Shown: piece after piece, positions 20,638 to 30,259 of the stretch
How positions within the stretch are numbered: the first letter of the stretch is position 1
Layout of the letters: each line of letters begins with the position of its first letter
NCBI GenBank assembly: GCA_017609985.1
Contig: JAFCCW010000012.1
Span: forward strand, 1-47,642
From: Candidatus Iainarchaeum sp.
GTDB taxonomy: Archaea > Iainarchaeota > Iainarchaeia > Iainarchaeales > JAFCCW01
Length of the DNA stretch: 47,642 nucleotides
Direction: 5' to 3'
Position numbers and translations under genes: made by a program
The notes under the pieces: generated by a model
What the model was told of the DNA's origin: nothing
Databases searched by the model: none
What the model saw: the letters and a program-made list of their open reading frames with translations, nothing else

Positions 20638-21999
20638 TCAAAGCACATCAAAATATCTCTTTGTTTCCCAGTCAGTGACAGCAATTCTGTAGTCATCCCA
20701 TTCAGCTGTCTTGCCCTCAATATAGCGTTCGAAGAGATGCTGTCCAAGAGTCTCCTTCATAAGACTGCTTTTCTTCAGGTGCTTCAAAGCCTGCCAGAGA
20801 GAATAGGGAAGCATGTCAATTTCTTTTTCAGAACGAGCACATAAATCAAGTTTGTAGACATCCTCGTTAACTGGAGCTGGAAGCTCAGCCTTGTTCTTGA
20901 TGCCGTCAAGACCGGATGAAAGCATTGCGGCAAAGGCAAGATATGGATTGCAAGAAGGGTCAGGACATCTTATCTCTGCTCTAGTCCCTTTTTCCCTGCC
21001 TGGAGAAATACGTGGAATGCGAATAAGCGAAGACCTGTTGATTTGAGCCCAGCAGATGTAAACAGGTGCTTCATATCCTGGAACAAGTCTCTTATAGGAA
21101 TTAACTGTTGGGGAAAGAATAGCAGACATTTCCTTGGCATGAGCAAGCTGTCCTGCAATAAAATATCTTGCTATTTTTGAAAGCTTGTATTCATCATTTT
21201 TGTCGTAAAACACGTTCTCCCTGGTTTTTGTATCAAACAGAGATTGGTGAGTGTGCATTCCTGAACCAGCCATTCCCTGAGCTGGTTTTGGCATAAAGCT
21301 TGCGTGAAGACCGTGAGAGTGAGCAATTGACTTTGTAACATACTTGAAGGTTATTGTCTTGTCAGCTTGCTGAAGAGAAGGACCATATCTGAAATCAATC
21401 TCGTGCTGACCTGGAGCGCACTCGTGATGCGATGTCTCAACTTTCAAGCCCATGCTTTCAAGGCCAAAAATAATGTCCCTGCGGACATCGCTTGCAAGGT
21501 CACGGGGAGCATAATCGAAGTATCCGCCCACATCCTGCGGAACAGGATCAGTTCCGTCCGCCCCATTGAATTTAAACAAAAAGAATTCAAGTTCCGGTCC
21601 AACATTGAATTCGTAACCCATTTCCTCTGCCTTTTGAGTAGCCCTTCTTAGCACATATCTTGGATCTCCCTCAAAATGCTTGGCGTCTGGTGTGTAAACA
21701 TCACAGATAATGCGAGCAACACCTTTCTCCTTTGGTCTCCAAGGCAACACAGCAAACGTGGAAGGGTCAGGCATCAGATACATATCGCTCTCAGCAATTC
21801 TGGCAAAGCCCTCAATTGAAGAACCATCAAACCAGACACCCTTATCAAAAGCCTCTCCTAAATCAGAAGAAGAAATTGTAACACTCTTAATGTTTCCAAA
21901 TATGTCGGAAAAGTGAAGCTTGATAAATTTCACATCTTCTTTTTCCGCTTTGCTTAAAACATCCTCTTTCGAAATTGAACCTAATTCAGAATTGCTCAC
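20638..21999 (-). CDS. glnA: Glutamine synthetase type I
   Basis: FDGSSI, GPELEFF, HHECAPGQHE, FMPKP, GSGMH, SYKRLVPGYEAP motifs. Confidence 0.97.
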   Translation of the reverse strand: MSNSELGSISKEDVLSKAEKEDVKFIKLHFSDIFGNIKSVTISSSDLGEAFDKGVWFDGSSIEGFARIAESDMYLMPDPSTFAVLPWRPKEKGVARIICDVYTPDAKHFEGDPRYVLRRATQKAEEMGYEFNVGPELEFFLFKFNGADGTDPVPQDVGGYFDYAPRDLASDVRRDIIFGLESMGLKVETSHHECAPGQHEIDFRYGPSLQQADKTITFKYVTKSIAHSHGLHASFMPKPAQGMAGSGMHTHQSLFDTKTRENVFYDKNDEYKLSKIARYFIAGQLAHAKEMSAILSPTVNSYKRLVPGYEAPVYICWAQINRSSLIRIPRISPGREKGTRAEIRCPDPSCNPYLAFAAMLSSGLDGIKNKAELPAPVNEDVYKLDLCARSEKEIDMLPYSLWQALKHLKKSSLMKETLGQHLFERYIEGKTAEWDDYRIAVTDWETKRYFDVL

Positions 22000-22149
22000 A
22001 ATAAAACCTCCATTTAATATACTAAAATCAGCTGAGAGTTATTTAAATGTTTTGAACAAAAAACTGAAAAATTTTAATATATTTTGCATATTAACAGTAC
22101 AATATTGAAAAAATTTCAAATTTCAATCGTGGAAAAAGCAGGTGATTTT

Positions 22150-22596
22150 TTGGACAAGATAGATACAAAGATTCTTAACACATTAATTGAAAACGGTTCA
22201 ATCGGATACAAGAAAATTGCAAAAACTCTGGGAATAACCATTGGCACCGTGCACAACAGGATAAAAAAACTTGAAAAAGAAAAAATTATCAAAAAATACT
22301 GCACTTTGCTTGACTGTGAAAAGCTTGGCTATGGAATAAGTGTGCTGATAAATGTTACGATTACTGGGGGGCATTTGGAAGAAATTGAAAAAAAATACAG
22401 CAAGCACAAGAATGTTTGCGCTGTCTATGATGTTACAGGCGGATTTGACATGGTTATGGTTGCAAAATTTAAGGAAACCAGAGAGCTTAATGGATTTGTA
22501 AAAAAGTTAATGGCAGAAAAGCACGTGGAAAGAACAAATACTTCGCTTGTCTTGAATATTATCAAGGAAGAAAACGTGCCTTTTCCGATTGAGTAA
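22150..22596 (+). CDS. Lrp/AsnC family transcriptional regulator (divergent from glnA)
   Basis: LDKIDTKIL...TVHNRIKKLEKE HTH and VTGGFD RAM domain. GGTGA RBS precedes the TTG at 22150. Confidence 0.92.
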   Translation: MDKIDTKILNTLIENGSIGYKKIAKTLGITIGTVHNRIKKLEKEKIIKKYCTLLDCEKLGYGISVLINVTITGGHLEEIEKKYSKHKNVCAVYDVTGGFDMVMVAKFKETRELNGFVKKLMAEKHVERTNTSLVLNIIKEENVPFPIE

Positions 22597-22706
22597 ATAA
22601 AAGGCAGAGCAGATGTTTGAGACCTGAAAAACTAAGAGAGATTTTTAAAGGTTTCCAAATCTATTATTAATATCTTTTTAGTGATAAGTGATTTACTGGT
22701 GAGCAA

Positions 22707-23252
22707 ATGGGACTAAAGGAAGTGCGAATTCATGGAAGAGGCGGACAAGGAGCTGTAACCTCTGCACAGATTCTTGCAATTGCTGCTTCAAAGGACGGCA
22801 AATTTACCCAGTCTTTTCCAACTTTTGGTGTTGAGAGAAGCGGAGCTCCAGTTGAAGCTTATACAAGAATTTCAGAAGAATTTATCAACAGAAGACAGCA
22901 GGTTTACAATCCAGGCTATGTAATTGTTCTGGACACGTCTCTAATTGGAGTAATTGACGTTACAAAAGGAATCAGCGAAGACGGATTGATTATAGCTAAT
23001 TCAACAAAGACTCCTGAAGAACTTGGATTAAAGGGAGCAAAAGCTTACTCTATTGATATTACAAAAATTGCACTTGACATAATGGGGAAGCCATTTGTGA
23101 ATATTGCTGCTCTCGGAGCATTTGCATCTTTAACAGGCGAAACATCAATTGATTCACTCAAAAAAGCTGTTGAAGAAAGAATGGGAAAACTTGCAGAACT
23201 TAACAACAAGGCTCTTGACAAGGTCTTTGCACTAGCGGAGGATTTGAAATGA
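22707..23252 (+). CDS. porC: Pyruvate/2-oxoacid:ferredoxin oxidoreductase gamma subunit
   Basis: EVRIHGRGGQGAVT and FGVERSGAPV motifs. Confidence 0.93.
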   Translation: MGLKEVRIHGRGGQGAVTSAQILAIAASKDGKFTQSFPTFGVERSGAPVEAYTRISEEFINRRQQVYNPGYVIVLDTSLIGVIDVTKGISEDGLIIANSTKTPEELGLKGAKAYSIDITKIALDIMGKPFVNIAALGAFASLTGETSIDSLKKAVEERMGKLAELNNKALDKVFALAEDLK

Positions 23253-23539
23253 ATCACGAACTCAGCGAAAAGGCAAAGAAGTTAAGTCAGGGAGCAGTAA
23301 TCGACAAGCCAGGTTCAACAGTTGAAACAAAGACTGGTGGCTGGAAAACATTTAAACCTGTGACAAATTACGAAGAATGCATTAAGTGCGGAAAGTGCTG
23401 GGCAGTCTGTCCAGAAGCAGCTTACAAGCAGAACAAGGATGGGTTCTTTGAAGTTGACCTTGACTACTGCAAGGGATGTGGAATTTGCGCAAAAGAATGT
23501 CCAAAAAAATGCATTAAGATGGAGCTTGAAGAAAAGTAG
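23249..23539 (+). CDS. porD: Pyruvate/2-oxoacid:ferredoxin oxidoreductase delta subunit (2x[4Fe-4S])
   Basis: KTGGWK, CIKCGKCWAVCP, YCKGCGICAKECP motifs. Confidence 0.93.
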   Translation: MNHELSEKAKKLSQGAVIDKPGSTVETKTGGWKTFKPVTNYEECIKCGKCWAVCPEAAYKQNKDGFFEVDLDYCKGCGICAKECPKKCIKMELEEK

Positions 23540-24712
23540 GTGTTTTATGTGGTGAACATTGATATCAAAAAAGCAACTGTAACAGAAGCAAGTGTTTCAG
23601 TTGCCTGGGGTGCAAGGCTTTCAAGACCGGAAGTTATTCCAATGTACCCAATTACTCCACAGACTCACATTGTAGAACATTTAGCTGAATTTATTAACAA
23701 TGGAGAAATGGACGCAGAAATGATTCATGTTGAAAGCGAGCATTCTGCATTAAGTGCAATGGTGGGAAGTGTTGCAGCTGGTTCAAGAACTTTTACTGCA
23801 ACTGCTTCACAGGGACTTGCATTAATGTATGAAATTCTTCCAATCATGAGCGGAATGAGACTGCCAGGAGTGATGGCTGTTGCAAACCGTGCGCTCTCAG
23901 CTCCAATAAATATTTGGAATGATCACTCTGATTCTGTTTCAGCAAGAGACCAGGGCTGGATTCAGTTATGGGTAGAGAGCAGTCAGGAAGCTCTTGACAC
24001 TGTAATTCAAGCTTATAAAATTTCAGAAAACAAGAAAGTTATGCTGCCGGTGATGGTTAACCTTGACGGTTTTTCACTAAGCCATGTTTACGAGCCAGTT
24101 GAAATTCCAGACCAGGGCAAAGTAGACAAGTTTTTGCCAGAATACAAAGCAGAGGACTTTCTTGACTTAAAGAATCCAAAAACTTTTGGACCAATTGGAT
24201 TCCCAAGCGATTATATGGAATTCAAAGAACAACAGCAGGCAGCAATGTTCGAAGCAGAGCCAGTTGTACAAGAAGTTGCAAAAGAGTTTGGAAAAGCTTT
24301 CGGAAGAGAATACGGAGACGGCTTAGTTGAAGAATACAAAATGGAAGACGCAGAATATGCAGTCATTGGAATGGGTACGCTTTGCGGAACAGCAAAGGAT
24401 GCAGTTGATGAATTAAGAGAAAAAGGAATCAAGGCAGGAGTGCTCAGATTAAAGTGCATGAGGCCTCTCCCAGCTGAAAGAATTCAAAAAGCAGTCAAGG
24501 GACTAAAAGCACTGGCAGTAATAGACAGACATGTGTCTCTTGGATTTGAAGGACCATTGTTCACTGACTTGAGAAGTGCACTGTACGAAACAGGGCTTCA
24601 GGTAAACGGCTATGTTGCCGGCCTTGGAGGCAAAGACATTAAGATTCAGCATTTTGAAAAAGTGTTTAATGAATTAAAAGAAGGAAAGAAAAAAGGAGGC
24701 TGGTTGTTGTGA
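23540..24712 (+). CDS. porA: Pyruvate/2-oxoacid:ferredoxin oxidoreductase alpha subunit
   Basis: YPITPQT, VESEHSA, TATASQGL, NRALSAPINIWNDHSD motifs. Confidence 0.95.
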   Translation: MFYVVNIDIKKATVTEASVSVAWGARLSRPEVIPMYPITPQTHIVEHLAEFINNGEMDAEMIHVESEHSALSAMVGSVAAGSRTFTATASQGLALMYEILPIMSGMRLPGVMAVANRALSAPINIWNDHSDSVSARDQGWIQLWVESSQEALDTVIQAYKISENKKVMLPVMVNLDGFSLSHVYEPVEIPDQGKVDKFLPEYKAEDFLDLKNPKTFGPIGFPSDYMEFKEQQQAAMFEAEPVVQEVAKEFGKAFGREYGDGLVEEYKMEDAEYAVIGMGTLCGTAKDAVDELREKGIKAGVLRLKCMRPLPAERIQKAVKGLKALAVIDRHVSLGFEGPLFTDLRSALYETGLQVNGYVAGLGGKDIKIQHFEKVFNELKEGKKKGGWLL

Positions 24713-25641
24713 GCAAAGAAGTGAAAAAAATAATGGGCCTTGAAGAAAGAGAACTCTTTGCTCCGGGACACAGAGCTTGTGCAGGATGCGGTGAAGCACT
24801 GGGCATTAGACACACGATAAAAGCTGCTGGTGAAAACACTATTGTTGTTAGTGCAACAGGTTGCATGGAAGTTATTTCAACACCTTATCCGGAAACTGCA
24901 TGGAAGGTCCCCTGGATTCACGCAGCATTTGAAAACAATTCAGCAGTTGCATCAGGAATTGATGCCTCCCTAAAAAAGCAGGGAAAAAGAGATGAAACAA
25001 ACCTCCTAGTAGTTGGCGGAGACGGTTCAACTTTTGATATTGGATTTGGAGCATTAAGCGGTGCAATAGAACGAGGGCACAAGTTTACATATGTTTGCAC
25101 AGACAACGAAGCTTACATGAACACTGGAATTCAGAGATCTGGAGCATCATTCCCATTCTCTTCAACAACCACTGCGCCAGCAGGAAAAAAAGTGCATGGA
25201 AAAATGGATCCTAAAAAGCCACTGCCATTGATTGTCGCAGCCCATGGTTCAGGATATGTTGCAACAGCTTCAATAGCAAATCTTATAGACCTTAATAGAA
25301 AGGTAAAAGAAGCATTGACAAGAGACGGAGTTAGCTTTGTTCATGTTTACTCACCATGCCCAAGAGGCTGGTATCACGCTTCTGATTCAGCTCTTGAAAT
25401 CGCAAGGCTTGCAATTGACACAAGAGTGTTTCCATTGTACGAAATCGACAATGGAGTGCTGAAGTTTACTCAAAAAATTGAGAAAGAGAAAGCAAAACCT
25501 CTTGAAGAATATACAAAAACTCAAAGAAGATTCAAGCACTTGGACGAAGAAGACATGAAAAAACTCAAAGAATATGTTAATGACAGATATTCTTTCCTCG
25601 AAGGAATAGAGGGAAAAAAGTGCTTTGACACTCTTTATTGA
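24709..25641 (+). CDS. porB: Pyruvate/2-oxoacid:ferredoxin oxidoreductase beta subunit (TPP-binding)
   Basis: GHRACAGCG, GGDG...DNEAYMNTGIQRS, SPCPRGW motifs. Confidence 0.95.
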   Translation: MSKEVKKIMGLEERELFAPGHRACAGCGEALGIRHTIKAAGENTIVVSATGCMEVISTPYPETAWKVPWIHAAFENNSAVASGIDASLKKQGKRDETNLLVVGGDGSTFDIGFGALSGAIERGHKFTYVCTDNEAYMNTGIQRSGASFPFSSTTTAPAGKKVHGKMDPKKPLPLIVAAHGSGYVATASIANLIDLNRKVKEALTRDGVSFVHVYSPCPRGWYHASDSALEIARLAIDTRVFPLYEIDNGVLKFTQKIEKEKAKPLEEYTKTQRRFKHLDEEDMKKLKEYVNDRYSFLEGIEGKKCFDTLY

Positions 25642-25706
25642 TTTTTTTAAGTTCTGCAAATCGCTAAGCGGTTAGGTTTTTATTAACTTCACAGTCAATA
25701 ATTTTT

Positions 25707-25767
25707 GGGCAGGGGTGTTCAACCAACTCTCTTAGCATTCATCCTTTTTTTAGGATGGCTCCTGCCC
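25707..25767 (+). ncRNA. Candidate small structured non-coding RNA (unassigned family)
   Basis: 10-bp terminal stem GGGCAGGGGU/GCUCCUGCCC and inner hairpin CAUCCU-U6-AGGAUG. TATA-like TTTTATTAA lies ~20-30 nt upstream and a T7 tract immediately downstream. Confidence 0.45.
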
Positions 25768-25812
25768 TTTTTTTGAAAAAAATCTTGTTATAGACTTGGC
25801 TGGTGCAATTGA

Positions 25813-25923
25813 ATGACGAACAAAATTCCAAACAAAGTGCTTGAAAAAATAAAAAAAGACTATTTGAATACACTGGAATTTTGGAAAGAATCAGAAACAG
25901 GGAAAAAAGCCTGCATCAAATAA
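25813..25923 (+). CDS. Putative 36-aa small protein
   Basis: MTNKIPNKVLEKIKKDYLNTLEFWKESETGKKACIK*, with GGTG RBS-like sequence upstream. Confidence 0.35.
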   Translation: MTNKIPNKVLEKIKKDYLNTLEFWKESETGKKACIK

Positions 25924-25967
25924 CCATGGTTTAACTTGTTTCATGGTTAGACTAATCACTACATAGA

Positions 25968-26462
25968 TTAGTTACTGCCCAGCTGTTCCACTTTAACATT
26001 GCTTGATTCAAGAAGAGAAATAGCTTTGCTGTCAAGACCATCGTCATGAAAGTATCCTTCCAAATAAACAACTCGTTTAATGCCAGCAGCAATAATCATT
26101 TTTGCACAAATCCAGCAGGGATTCATTGTAGTGTAGAGAGTTGCGCCGTTGGAAGAAGCACCGTGCAAGGAACACTGAGTAATTGCATTCTGTTCAGCGT
26201 GAAGAGTGCGAACGCAGTGATCTTCAGCAACCTCTTTGCCATTTACTCTTTTAATAGTTGGAACAATCATGCAACCCTCTTCAGTGCAATGAGGTTGGCC
26301 TTGCGGGCTTCCATTATAGCCGGTTGCAATTATCCTCTTATCCTTTACAATAACTGCCCCGAGCTGTTTGCGCGGACAAGTTGCACGCTTTGCTACAACC
26401 TTTGCTATTTCCATAAAATACTCGTCCCAGGACAAGCGATCTTTGTGAGATTTTTCACCCAT
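25968..26462 (-). CDS. dCMP deaminase (ComEB family)
   Basis: SWDEYFM, RATC, TGYNG, HAEQNAI, PCWIC zinc deaminase motifs. Confidence 0.93.
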   Translation of the reverse strand: MGEKSHKDRLSWDEYFMEIAKVVAKRATCPRKQLGAVIVKDKRIIATGYNGSPQGQPHCTEEGCMIVPTIKRVNGKEVAEDHCVRTLHAEQNAITQCSLHGASSNGATLYTTMNPCWICAKMIIAAGIKRVVYLEGYFHDDGLDSKAISLLESSNVKVEQLGSN

Positions 26463-26504
26463 GATATCAATAGATTTTTAATTCAAAAACCATTTAAACT
26501 ATGT

Positions 26505-26942
26505 ATGAAGCTTGACGAACTGGAAAAAAGCGTTGAAGACGAGATGCTTGCAAGAAAAGCAGCAAATTTGTTGAGGGAAAACTTTCCAGGAAAGGAAATT
26601 TCAAACCTGTTGATTGTGAAATGGGGAAAGAAATGGAAGAGCAAGCTCGCGCACATTAAAGCAATAGATGATTATGGAGAATACGGAACTCTTATTGAAG
26701 TAAATGAACTAATGAAGGATGCAAGCGTGCCAGCGTGGATGATTGATGTTACTCTCCTCCACGAGCTAGTGCATTACTTCCATGGATTTGGTTCAAACCA
26801 CCCCCAGAAATTCAGGAATCCTCACAAGGGCGGGGTTGTGGACAGCGAGATTGAAAGATTTGGATTCGGAGAGCTACTCAAAAAGCAGGATAAGTGGCTG
26901 AAGGAAAACTGGACACAGTTGCTGGAAAAGAATTCACTCTAA
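26505..26942 (+). CDS. SprT-like zinc metalloprotease domain protein
   Basis: True start MKLDELEK at 26505. LLHELVHY (HExxH) and a downstream PH.GG third ligand. Confidence 0.75.
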   Translation: MKLDELEKSVEDEMLARKAANLLRENFPGKEISNLLIVKWGKKWKSKLAHIKAIDDYGEYGTLIEVNELMKDASVPAWMIDVTLLHELVHYFHGFGSNHPQKFRNPHKGGVVDSEIERFGFGELLKKQDKWLKENWTQLLEKNSL

Positions 26943-26975
26943 AACAAGCAATTTAGAATAACCACTCTAGATCAC

Positions 26976-27143
26976 TCACTCTAAATCAGTAAAATGAGCT
27001 TTTTCGTATTTTTCAGCGCATTCAAGAGAGCAAAACCAGTAGGTTTGTTTGTCAAGCTCGATCTTGATTGCTTTTTTGAAATTGCAAGTCTTGTTGCATT
27101 CACGGCATTTGACCATATTTCCAAGATTGTTCTTCTCAGACAT
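26976..27143 (-). CDS. Small TRASH/YHS-like metal-binding protein
   Basis: CREC...YWFCSLEC. Start MSEKNN overlaps the upstream gene's stop. Confidence 0.75.
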   Translation of the reverse strand: MSEKNNLGNMVKCRECNKTCNFKKAIKIELDKQTYWFCSLECAEKYEKAHFTDLE

Positions 27144-28224
27144 TGCGCGCACTCCCTGACTTAACAATCTTGATTATGTTTTCCTTTAATTCTTTTTCAA
27201 AATCAACAGAAACAGAGCCAGCCGCAGCAGGAATGTGGCCTCCTGCTCTTCCACCAGAAATTCCCTTAACTGCCTGTTCAAGAAGATAATTGCATTTTAT
27301 TTTGAAATCCTGTCTGCGTGCTGAAAATGAAAGCATTTCTTCGTCCCTCTGGAGAACAATTATTGTCTGGTCACGGTAAAGCTGAGAGATTGCATCAACA
27401 ACAGTTGACTTAATCTTGAGCTTTGATTTGATTTCATAAAAATGAAGAGACTGCTTTGGGAAATGTTCTGCTTTTTCCCAAAAAGAAGAAACAAATCTAT
27501 TTTTTGTTCTATAAAGTCGGATTCTAAATTGGGAGAAATCTGATTTGATTAATTCTGTTGGATGCTTTGCTTTCTGCAAAAAGCGACAGAGAGAAACAAA
27601 TTTTTCAGGAGCTAGAATAGAGCAAGCATTAATTATTTCCGCGGATTTTTCCAATTGTCCGAGTTTCAGATTCTTTTCAGCAATAACTTCGTCAAAAAAA
27701 GAACGCCAGGTGTCATAGTTCATGTCACCGATTATTCCAGTGCAAGAAACCCAGTCAAGTTCGGAAACATCAGCAACAGCTGAAAAAAGATCAAAGCACA
27801 TTTTGGAAGTAACATACTTGCTTGGATCCATTGTTGTTAGAAAAGAAGCCTTGATGAAGGTTGTGCGTGAGCTGGAGAGATTGTTGTAAATTTTGTGATG
27901 ATCAATGTGAATTATTCTGCAATGCTTTTCAAGCTGTTTAATGAATTCAGTGTTTTGGTCTATTCCAATGTCAAGGATTAGAAGGCGGGAAATGTTCTTC
28001 TTTTTTACCTGCGCGAGAATTTTTTCAAAGGCGTCAGAATCATTGTAATCATAATCGAAAAGAAACTTTGGAGACTTTCCAAAAAGCTTCTTGATTGAGT
28101 GAAAAGCAATTGCTGCAGAGCAAACCCCGTCAGTATCGCGATGGAAGACAATGCCTGTATTGTTCTTTGAAGAGATGGATTTGATGAATTTTTTGAACTG
28201 TGTAATTGCTTTTGCTGAATTCAT
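27136..28224 (-). CDS. DHH family phosphoesterase (RecJ-like, DHHA1)
   Basis: HRDTDG, LILD, IDHH, GIIGD, GGHIPAAAG motifs. Confidence 0.9.
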   Translation of the reverse strand: MNSAKAITQFKKFIKSISSKNNTGIVFHRDTDGVCSAAIAFHSIKKLFGKSPKFLFDYDYNDSDAFEKILAQVKKKNISRLLILDIGIDQNTEFIKQLEKHCRIIHIDHHKIYNNLSSSRTTFIKASFLTTMDPSKYVTSKMCFDLFSAVADVSELDWVSCTGIIGDMNYDTWRSFFDEVIAEKNLKLGQLEKSAEIINACSILAPEKFVSLCRFLQKAKHPTELIKSDFSQFRIRLYRTKNRFVSSFWEKAEHFPKQSLHFYEIKSKLKIKSTVVDAISQLYRDQTIIVLQRDEEMLSFSARRQDFKIKCNYLLEQAVKGISGGRAGGHIPAAAGSVSVDFEKELKENIIKIVKSGSARNV

Positions 28225-28293
28225 AACACCACAACATAAAATGATGCAATAGATTTATTAATTTGAAGCCCTATTCTTTTAGAGTGATATACC

Positions 28294-28461
28294 ATGGGTT
28301 ACAGCCATAAAAACAGCAAAGGAATTACTTATTTTCTTCATCAGCGAGGCAAGCTTTTCTATTTTTCAAAAAGCGAAGATGAATCTATTGATTTGCCAGC
28401 AGGTTATGAAATAGTAGAAAACAGCAGAACAGGACTTCCAATGCTTAAAAAAAAGCAATAA
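28294..28461 (+). CDS. Small hypothetical protein (55 aa)
   Basis: Below the ORF-track cutoff: MGYSHKNSKGITYFLHQRGKLFYFSKSEDESIDLPAGYEIVENSRTGLPMLKKKQ. GAGTGA RBS and TATA-like TTTATTAA upstream. Confidence 0.8.
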   Translation: MGYSHKNSKGITYFLHQRGKLFYFSKSEDESIDLPAGYEIVENSRTGLPMLKKKQ

Positions 28462-28474
28462 CAAAGGGGATAAA

Positions 28475-30259
28475 ATGGTGCACAAAATAGCCTGCTTTAA
28501 CAAGTCAGTAAACAGTTATAAAAAAGAAATTAAGACCCACAATCCAAAGAACAAACTGTTTGTAATAGAACTTAAACTTGGGGACTGGCATGGATTTTAC
28601 TCTCTTGCACCATTAAGCAGAGCACTGCATGATTTAGGAGCAGATGTGAGCGTGTTTGTGACAAAAGAAAAGAGCAAGGGACTTATTTCAGCAGAAAAAT
28701 GCTGGACATTGTTTGAAGAAATTAAAAATAAAAATAATTCAAAAAAGAAAGGGATAAAGGAACTGAAAGAATTCATTAACGCAGTAAACAAGAAAACAAA
28801 AAGCAAGGATTTTGAAAAACTCTTCAAAAGACCTGAAGTTGTGTTAAAGGGAAACAGTAAAAAAAATGTTTTTGAAGGAACAGAAATCAAGCTCGAGTAC
28901 AGGGACAGATGGTTAAGAAAAAGAAAATGGAAGGCTCTTGTAGAAACAGCTAACCAGATTTGGAAACAAGGTTATGCTCTGAAAAAGACTGAAAGATGCT
29001 CTCTTGGCTTTGAACTAGTGCCTGCATCAAAAGACATGGAGCTTCCGCTTGAAGACTATTTGGACAACTTTGTAATAGCAAATGCAATGGCAGAGACTGC
29101 TCAAAGAAAATGCAAAACAGTTTCAGTGGGATCATCCACAAACAAGAAAAGGCAAACAGACCCTATGAACAGAGTAGATGATTTGATAACAAGCCTAAGC
29201 GGTTGCGAACAATCAAAAGAATCAAAGGAAGGAGTGTTTAAGAAATTTAAAAAATTATCAAAATATGTTTATTCATCACAGCTAAAGTCAAGCGATGCAG
29301 GATTTGGAATCCATGGAACAGGATATGGGGGAAAACATTTCTTTGGAACAACAATTGGATATCCCTCACCAAATGGAAAAACAAGATGGCAAAGTCCAGG
29401 AACCATGTTCTTGAAACCAAGCTGGTTGGACCAAACAAGGATTGATGACAGAATGCCAAAAACAAGATATGCGATAACAGAGACTCTGCCGATAGAGAAT
29501 TTTGTAAGAACATGCAACATAGATTATGTAGAAATGAGAGCGAGAAATGAAGCGATAAAAAAAGTCGTTGAAAAAAGCAAATATCTTTTTGTGAAAGGAA
29601 AGCAGGTTAAAGGAGGACAAACTGACCTGAAAATTGACCTTAGAAAAATTCTTTATGTTTTAAAAAGTGACTCTGACGTAAGACACAAGCTTAACCCTAA
29701 TATGAAAAGCCAAGGAATCAAAGCTGGAATGTATGGCAACTTTCCAGGAGGAGAAGCATTTCTTACACCAGGCCCAATACAGGGAACCGTGATTGGAGAT
29801 GTAGTAATTTCAATCAGCGGAAGCCACACTATTCCTGAATCAAATCCATTGGTTGTAGAATTTAATGGAATGAAATACAAGATTAAATCAGGACCAAAAG
29901 AAATCATTAAAAAAATGAATCAAAAAAAGAATGATTCAAAAAAACTAATCAAAGAATATGAAAAACATAAAAGTATTCCAAAAAAAATAATTGATTCTTA
30001 CAAAAGAAACTTTGAGGGTGTTGGAGAGTTTGCAATAAACACTAACCCAAAAGCAAAACTTGGCAGATACCTGATTGAAAATGAAAAAATTGCAAAAATG
30101 ATTCATATAGCTCTTGGTTCAGGATACGAGCCGGGAAGAGAAACACTTTATCACTGGGATTTTGTAATTAATTCTCCGAGACAAGAACTTGACATTTACG
30201 GCATTGACGAAAAAGGAAAAGAGCAATGGGTTATAAAGAAAGGAAGGTTTGTTGCTTGA
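28475..30259 (+). CDS. M29-like (aminopeptidase T) metallopeptidase with long N-terminal region
   Basis: C-terminal NFPGGEAF, GEFAINTN, NEKI...HIALG, HWD match the M29 catalytic motifs. Confidence 0.7.
   Translation: MVHKIACFNKSVNSYKKEIKTHNPKNKLFVIELKLGDWHGFYSLAPLSRALHDLGADVSVFVTKEKSKGLISAEKCWTLFEEIKNKNNSKKKGIKELKEFINAVNKKTKSKDFEKLFKRPEVVLKGNSKKNVFEGTEIKLEYRDRWLRKRKWKALVETANQIWKQGYALKKTERCSLGFELVPASKDMELPLEDYLDNFVIANAMAETAQRKCKTVSVGSSTNKKRQTDPMNRVDDLITSLSGCEQSKESKEGVFKKFKKLSKYVYSSQLKSSDAGFGIHGTGYGGKHFFGTTIGYPSPNGKTRWQSPGTMFLKPSWLDQTRIDDRMPKTRYAITETLPIENFVRTCNIDYVEMRARNEAIKKVVEKSKYLFVKGKQVKGGQTDLKIDLRKILYVLKSDSDVRHKLNPNMKSQGIKAGMYGNFPGGEAFLTPGPIQGTVIGDVVISISGSHTIPESNPLVVEFNGMKYKIKSGPKEIIKKMNQKKNDSKKLIKEYEKHKSIPKKIIDSYKRNFEGVGEFAINTNPKAKLGRYLIENEKIAKMIHIALGSGYEPGRETLYHWDFVINSPRQELDIYGIDEKGKEQWVIKKGRFVA

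Noticed and set aside
25707-25767. tRNA or split-tRNA half (contains GTTCAA)
   Set aside because: No 5-bp T-stem closes the GTTCAA loop, and no D or anticodon arm can be formed.
26046-26504. N-terminal half of the 298-aa ORF
   Set aside because: It is the antisense shadow of the dCMP deaminase gene. The real gene starts at 26505.
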